Of a stretch of 64,000 bases of DNA, positions 57,581 to 64,000 are shown in pieces (position 1 is the stretch's first letter; every line of letters begins with the position of its first letter). A model generated the notes under the pieces. That model ran no database searches. It saw nothing but the letters and a program-made list of their open reading frames with translations, and was not told the DNA's origin. Origin of the DNA: an uncultured Acidimicrobiia bacterium. GTDB lineage: Bacteria > Actinomycetota > Acidimicrobiia > Acidimicrobiales > AC-14. The stretch covers positions 22,186 to 86,185 of the forward strand of contig CAWHIC010000003.1 of assembly GCA_963829165.1 (NCBI GenBank), in the 5' to 3' direction. Made by a program: the position numbers and the translations under genes.

Positions 57581-57997
57581 ATGGACCGGTACCCCTTTCT
57601 CTCCGACGACTGGGTCGCGGCCGCCCGCAAGATCCGGGCGGAGTTCGGCGCCGTCGAGGAGGGCGTGCCGGACAACATCCGCATGAACCAGGTCATCACC
57701 GAGGTGCCGTTCGGCGAGGGCACCATCAACGCCCACGTCGACACCACGTCCGGCGCCCTGGAGATGGACATCGGCCACCTCGACCGGGCCGACGTCACCG
57801 TCACCCTCGACTACGACACGGCCAAGTCGGTCTTCGTCGACGGCACCGTGTCCGCAGCCATGACCGCCTTCATGGCGGGCAAGGTCCGGGTCCAGGGGGA
57901 GATGGCCAAGCTCCTGGCCGCCCTCCAGCAGCTGACCCCGCCCGACGGGTCGGCCGCCACCGACATCCAGCAGCGCATCCGCGACATCACCGAATAG
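57581..57997 (+). CDS. SCP2 sterol-binding domain protein
   Basis: ATG 57581. 138 aa. ..TVTLDYDTAKSVFVDGTVSAAMTAFMAGKVRVQGEMAKLLAL-type SCP2 C-terminus. Confidence 0.8.
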   Translation: MDRYPFLSDDWVAAARKIRAEFGAVEEGVPDNIRMNQVITEVPFGEGTINAHVDTTSGALEMDIGHLDRADVTVTLDYDTAKSVFVDGTVSAAMTAFMAGKVRVQGEMAKLLAALQQLTPPDGSAATDIQQRIRDITE

Positions 57998-58012
57998 CAC
58001 CGCCGGCGGCCT

Positions 58013-58921
58013 CTAGCGGCGGACGCCCCGCATGGCGGCGTCGAGCGCGGCGACGGTCCAGCGGGAGTCCCGGACCACCTTGGCCGCTTCGTCGAGGGTC
58101 CACGGGCGGAAGCGCTGCACCAGGCCGCCGTGGACGAGGAAGACCTCGCCGGTGAGGGTGCACGCCTCGGACGCCAGCCACGCCACCACGGGGGACACGT
58201 TGCCCGGGTGCCAGGCGTCGAAGGTCTCGGGCGCGGTCGGGGCGGCCACCACGCCCGCCAGCCACGGGCTCGACTCCGTCATCCGGGAGCGGGCCAGGGG
58301 GGCCACGGCGTTGACCCGCACCCCGTAGCGCTCGAGCTCGGCCGCGGTGATGACGGTGAGGGCGGCGATGCCCGCCTTGGCCGACCCGTAGTTGGACTGG
58401 CCGACGTTGCCGATGAGGCCCGAGGTCGAGGTGGTGTTGACGATCGCCGCCTTCACCGGCCGTCCGGCCTCGGCCTGCGCCTTCCAGCGGGCGGCCGCCC
58501 AGCGGGTGGTGACGAAATGGCCCCGGAGGTGCACCCGCACCACGTCGTCCCACTCGTCGGCGGTCATGTCGACGAGGTAGCGGTCGCGGAGGTTGCCGGC
58601 GTTGTTGACGAGGATGTGGAGGTCGCCGAAGGTGGACACCGCCGACTCGATCAGGCGCCGGCCGCCGTCCCAGTCGCTGACATCGTCGTGGTTGGCCACC
58701 GCCTCGCCCCCCGCGGCCCGGATCTCCTCCACCACGGCGACGGCCGCGCCGCCCCTGTCGGACCCGGTGCCGTCGAGCGCGGCCCCGACGTCGTTGACCA
58801 CCACCCGGGCCCCCTCCCGGGCGAAGAGGAGGGCGTGCTCCCGGCCGATGCCGCCACCGGCGCCGGTGATCACCGCCACCCGGCCGGCGAGGGCGCCGCC
58901 GGCCCCGGCGGCGTCGGTCAC
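58013..58921 (-). CDS. SDR family oxidoreductase
   Basis: GTG 58921 overlaps the pknB stop (GTGA). VAVITGAGGGIGRE (TGxxxGxG), NNAG, and SNYGSAKAG (YxxxK). Confidence 0.85.
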   Translation of the reverse strand: MTDAAGAGGALAGRVAVITGAGGGIGREHALLFAREGARVVVNDVGAALDGTGSDRGGAAVAVVEEIRAAGGEAVANHDDVSDWDGGRRLIESAVSTFGDLHILVNNAGNLRDRYLVDMTADEWDDVVRVHLRGHFVTTRWAAARWKAQAEAGRPVKAAIVNTTSTSGLIGNVGQSNYGSAKAGIAALTVITAAELERYGVRVNAVAPLARSRMTESSPWLAGVVAAPTAPETFDAWHPGNVSPVVAWLASEACTLTGEVFLVHGGLVQRFRPWTLDEAAKVVRDSRWTVAALDAAMRGVRR

Positions 58922-61005
58922 AGCAGGTAGATCGTGACCGACGCGCCCGGCTTGACCTTGGTGCCCTCCGAGGGGATGGCGACGAACACGTCGCCGCCGG
59001 ACGGCCCGAACTTGCCGCCCACCTCCAGCCCCACCGCCTGGAGGGCGGCGGCGGCCTCGTCGACGGACAGCCCGATGAGCTTGGGCACCGCCGGCTGGCC
59101 CTTGGAGACGGTGATGGTGATGGTGGTGCCCCGGGTGACTTTCACGCCGGCCGCGGGGTCGGTGGCGGTGACCCTGCCCGCCGAGTCGTCGTCGTCGGTG
59201 TAGACGTCGATCCGCTCCGCCTCCAGGTCGAGGGCGTCGAGGGCGGACACGGCCTCGTCGTAGCTCTTCCCGGCCAGGTTGGGCAGCTCCCGGGGCGCGG
59301 GGCCGTCGGAGACGGTGAGATCGACGGTGGCGCCCTTGGGCGGGGTCTCGCCCTTCCGGGTCCAGTCGAGGACTCCGCCCGCAGGCACGGCCTCGTCGTT
59401 GCGGGTGGTGACGGTGCCGACGACGTGGCCCACGGCCTCGATGGCCTGGCGGGCACCGGCCTCGTCGAGGGCGGCGAGATCGGGGACGGGGGTGGGTGCA
59501 GGGCCCTTGGAGACGACGAGGGTGACCCGCTGGCCCTCCTTGAGCGCGGCCTCGCCCCCGCCCGGCGGGCTCTGCACCTTCACCTCGCCCGGCGTCGACC
59601 CGTCGAAGAACTCCTGACGGATCTGGACGTCGAACTTGAGGGCGCGCAGGGCGGTGGCCGCCTCCAGCTCGGTCTGGCCGACGACGTTGGGCAGGGGGTG
59701 GCTGGGCGCCCGGTTGTTGACGAGCAGGTACGACCCGGCGCCGACGCCTCCGGCGAGGATCAGGAAGAGGAGGACGAGGTAAGGCCACTTGCGCCGGCGG
59801 CGGCGTCCGGCCCGGGAGAGCTCGGGCGGGACGTAGGGGGCGGCGGGCGGCGGCGGGGGCGGCACCTGGCGGGTGACGGCGGTGGGCGCGGCCTGGCGCA
59901 CGGTGGCGTCGCCCGGGGCCGAGGTGGGCACGAACGGCGTGGCGCCGGTGGGCTCGGGCCCGGGCCCGCGGGCGGCCACCAGCCCGGTGGCGTCGGGATC
60001 GGCGGCGGGGCGGACGATCGGCGGCGCCGCCGCCGCCGCGGCCGCGTTGCCGGCGGTGGCGGCAGCGGTGGCGCCCGCCGCCGCCGAGGCGGCCGCGGCG
60101 CCGGAGCGGGGGCCGACGTCGGTGGGGTCGGCGACCACGTCCATCTCGTCGACGGTGGCGGCGCCGGCGAGGGGCAGGGGCTCGGGCGTGGGCAGGGTGA
60201 GGGCGACCGACTGGAGGGCGCTGGCCATCCCGGCCGCGTCGAGGCGTTCGGCCGGGTCGGGACGTCCTGCTCGCGCCACCACCGCCGCCAGCGGCCCCAT
60301 CTCGGCCGGGGGCTCGATGGGCCGGTCGAGGCGGCCCATGAGGGTGGCGACGGTGGTGTCGGCGGCGAAGGGCACCTTCCCGGTGACGGCTTCCACCAGC
60401 ACCAGGGCCAGCGAGTACACGTCGGCCCGTCCGTCGATGGGCGCGCCGCTCACCTGCTCGGGCGACGCGTAGCGGGCGGTGCCGAGGACGGCGCCGATGG
60501 GCTCGGTCCACGCCGCCTCGGCCAGGGCCCGGGCCAGCCCGAAGTCGCCGATGCGCAGGCGGCCGTCGTCGTCGAAGAGGAGGTTGGCCGGCTTGATGTC
60601 GCGGTGGACGAGCCCCCGCCGGTGGGCGTAGTCGAGCCCCCGGGCCGCTTCCAGCCCGACGAGGAGGGCCTGGGACGGGCTCAGCCGCCGGCCCCGGTCG
60701 AGAACCGAGCGCAGGCTGCCGCCGCCCAGGTACTCGCAGACGAGGTAGGGACCCTCCGCCTCCTCGCCCCAGTCGTAGACGGCCATGACGTTGGGATGGT
60801 TGAGGGCGGCCGCGGCCCGGGCCTCGGCGCGGAAGCGCTTGAGGAAGGCCTCGTCGTCGGCCAGGGCGGGGTGGAGCATCTTGACCGCGACCCGTCGGCG
60901 CAGCCGGACGTCGTCGGCCACGAACACGTGCCCGGAGCTGCCGCTGCCGACCGGCGCCAGCAGCCGGTAACGGTCGCCGAGGACGCGACCGATGTGGTCG
61001 GCCAT
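58918..61005 (-). CDS. pknB: Ser/Thr protein kinase with four extracellular PASTA domains (PknB-type)
   Basis: ATG 61005. GSGSSGHVFVA..VAVKML, HRDIKPANLL, DFGLA. A Pro/Ala-rich linker, a TM segment (WPYLVLLFLILAGGVGAGSYLLV), then 4 PASTA units. Confidence 0.9.
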   Translation of the reverse strand: MADHIGRVLGDRYRLLAPVGSGSSGHVFVADDVRLRRRVAVKMLHPALADDEAFLKRFRAEARAAAALNHPNVMAVYDWGEEAEGPYLVCEYLGGGSLRSVLDRGRRLSPSQALLVGLEAARGLDYAHRRGLVHRDIKPANLLFDDDGRLRIGDFGLARALAEAAWTEPIGAVLGTARYASPEQVSGAPIDGRADVYSLALVLVEAVTGKVPFAADTTVATLMGRLDRPIEPPAEMGPLAAVVARAGRPDPAERLDAAGMASALQSVALTLPTPEPLPLAGAATVDEMDVVADPTDVGPRSGAAAASAAAGATAAATAGNAAAAAAAPPIVRPAADPDATGLVAARGPGPEPTGATPFVPTSAPGDATVRQAAPTAVTRQVPPPPPPAAPYVPPELSRAGRRRRRKWPYLVLLFLILAGGVGAGSYLLVNNRAPSHPLPNVVGQTELEAATALRALKFDVQIRQEFFDGSTPGEVKVQSPPGGGEAALKEGQRVTLVVSKGPAPTPVPDLAALDEAGARQAIEAVGHVVGTVTTRNDEAVPAGGVLDWTRKGETPPKGATVDLTVSDGPAPRELPNLAGKSYDEAVSALDALDLEAERIDVYTDDDDSAGRVTATDPAAGVKVTRGTTITITVSKGQPAVPKLIGLSVDEAAAALQAVGLEVGGKFGPSGGDVFVAIPSEGTKVKPGASVTIYLL

Positions 61006-61128
61006 CCGCGTCGAACCCACGTAGGCGAGGTTACCGTGCCCGACCCCGCCCACCGAGGCATGCTCCCCCTGTGAGAATGACGCCACCGTGCATCCCGTGA
61101 CCAGCAACGACGACCGGACGACCTCCCG

Positions 61129-61521
61129 GTGAAGCGGCGCATCATCATGACCTTGATCGCGGCGGTGGCCGTGGCCGGGTTCGTCTGGGCCTTCTCCGAG
61201 CCCAAGCAGGACCCGCTGGGGCCGCTCCCCCCGGCCGTCGAGCGGGTCTCCCCGCCCGGTGGCGACCTCGACCTGCGCCAGACCACCATCGCCGCCGACC
61301 TCGCCCCCGGCTTCACCGGCTACCTCCTCTTCGACGGCGTAGAGGTGGCCCGCGACGACCTCGTCATCGTCCCCGCCCTCAACAGCATCACCCTCATGCC
61401 CCAGCCCGGCAGCGACTACGAGGAGATCCAGCCCGGTTCCCACTGCGCCACCGTCGTCTACAACCAGATCGGCCAGACGGAGGAGGCGGGCCGGTTCCAG
61501 TGGTGCTTCAAGCTCCACTGA
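61129..61521 (+). CDS. Membrane-anchored hypothetical protein
   Basis: 130-aa ORF (GTG 61129 or ATG 61147). TM segment LIAAVAVAGFVWAF. Two Cys near the C-terminus. Confidence 0.5.
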   Translation: MKRRIIMTLIAAVAVAGFVWAFSEPKQDPLGPLPPAVERVSPPGGDLDLRQTTIAADLAPGFTGYLLFDGVEVARDDLVIVPALNSITLMPQPGSDYEEIQPGSHCATVVYNQIGQTEEAGRFQWCFKLH

Positions 61522-61527
61522 GCTCCG

Positions 61528-61962
61528 GTGCCCGTGGCTGACATCGAGCCCGACGGCGACTGCCGGTTCTGCGAGATCGTCGCCGGCCGCTCACCGGCGG
61601 CCGTCGTCCTCGACGAGGAGCACGCGGTCGGGTTCCTCGACGTGCGCCCGGTCTTCCCCGGCCACGTCCTGCTCGTCCCCCGGGGCCACCACGAGGCCCT
61701 CGCCGACCTGCCCGCCGACGCAGTCGGGCCGCTCTTCCTCACCGTCCGCCGGCTGACGGTGGCGGTGGAGGCGGCGATGGAGGCGGAGGGGACGTTCGTG
61801 GCCGTCAACAACAAGGTCAGCCAGAGCGTTCCCCACCTGCACGTGCACGTGGTGCCCCGCCGGCGCAAGGACGGCCTGCGGGGCTTCTTCTGGCCCCGCA
61901 CCCGCTACGCCGACGACGCCGCCATGGAGGAGGTGGCGGCCCGCATCCGCTCCGCCCTCTAG
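61528..61962 (+). CDS. HIT family protein (HinT-like)
   Basis: CRFCEIVAG..GHVLLVPRGH..VPHLHVHVVPR histidine triad. Confidence 0.85.
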   Translation: MPVADIEPDGDCRFCEIVAGRSPAAVVLDEEHAVGFLDVRPVFPGHVLLVPRGHHEALADLPADAVGPLFLTVRRLTVAVEAAMEAEGTFVAVNNKVSQSVPHLHVHVVPRRRKDGLRGFFWPRTRYADDAAMEEVAARIRSAL

Positions 61963-61967
61963 CTGGG

Positions 61968-64000
<2,033 letters not shown>

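Overview
High-GC (hand-counted lines reach about 80% G+C) actinobacterial chromosome segment. mshC, an F420 reductase, egtBCD, a PASTA kinase and LAxTG sorting signals all point to Actinomycetota. The window has two parts. (1) About 1-17.1 kb is an accessory mosaic. It holds secreted cell-wall hydrolases (M23, and CHAP with six near-identical 135-bp FG-GAP repeats), a large protein ending in a RecB/Cas4-type PD-(D/E)xK nuclease motif set, and a visibly lower-GC four-gene operon built around a divergent full-length DnaA. It also holds an IS110 element, an intact IS21 element (6-bp target duplication, extra translationally coupled ORF), and a frameshifted, 3'-truncated TIR-NB-ARC-TPR (STAND) gene. 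(2) About 17-64 kb is mostly conserved core: thrS plus HIT, mshC, aspartate aminotransferase/serC, ilvBNC with a leader-peptide attenuator, ilvD, egtBCD, gatCAB, pknB and ligA. Less ordinary items are interspersed: an RPH-like PEP-utilising enzyme coupled to two membrane proteins, an orphan divergent IucA/IucC pair, an M50-CBS / PDZ-Lon-like / PhoD block, three LAxTG surface proteins, and a 61-62-bp structured tandem-repeat family (MIRU-like) at two intercistronic loci. At least ten conserved genes carry single-nucleotide frame breaks, several at G/C homopolymers, so assembly indels are a serious caveat for any pseudogene call. I recognised no rRNA, tRNA or CRISPR. All calls rest on reading the ORF track and the sequence by eye; no searches were run.
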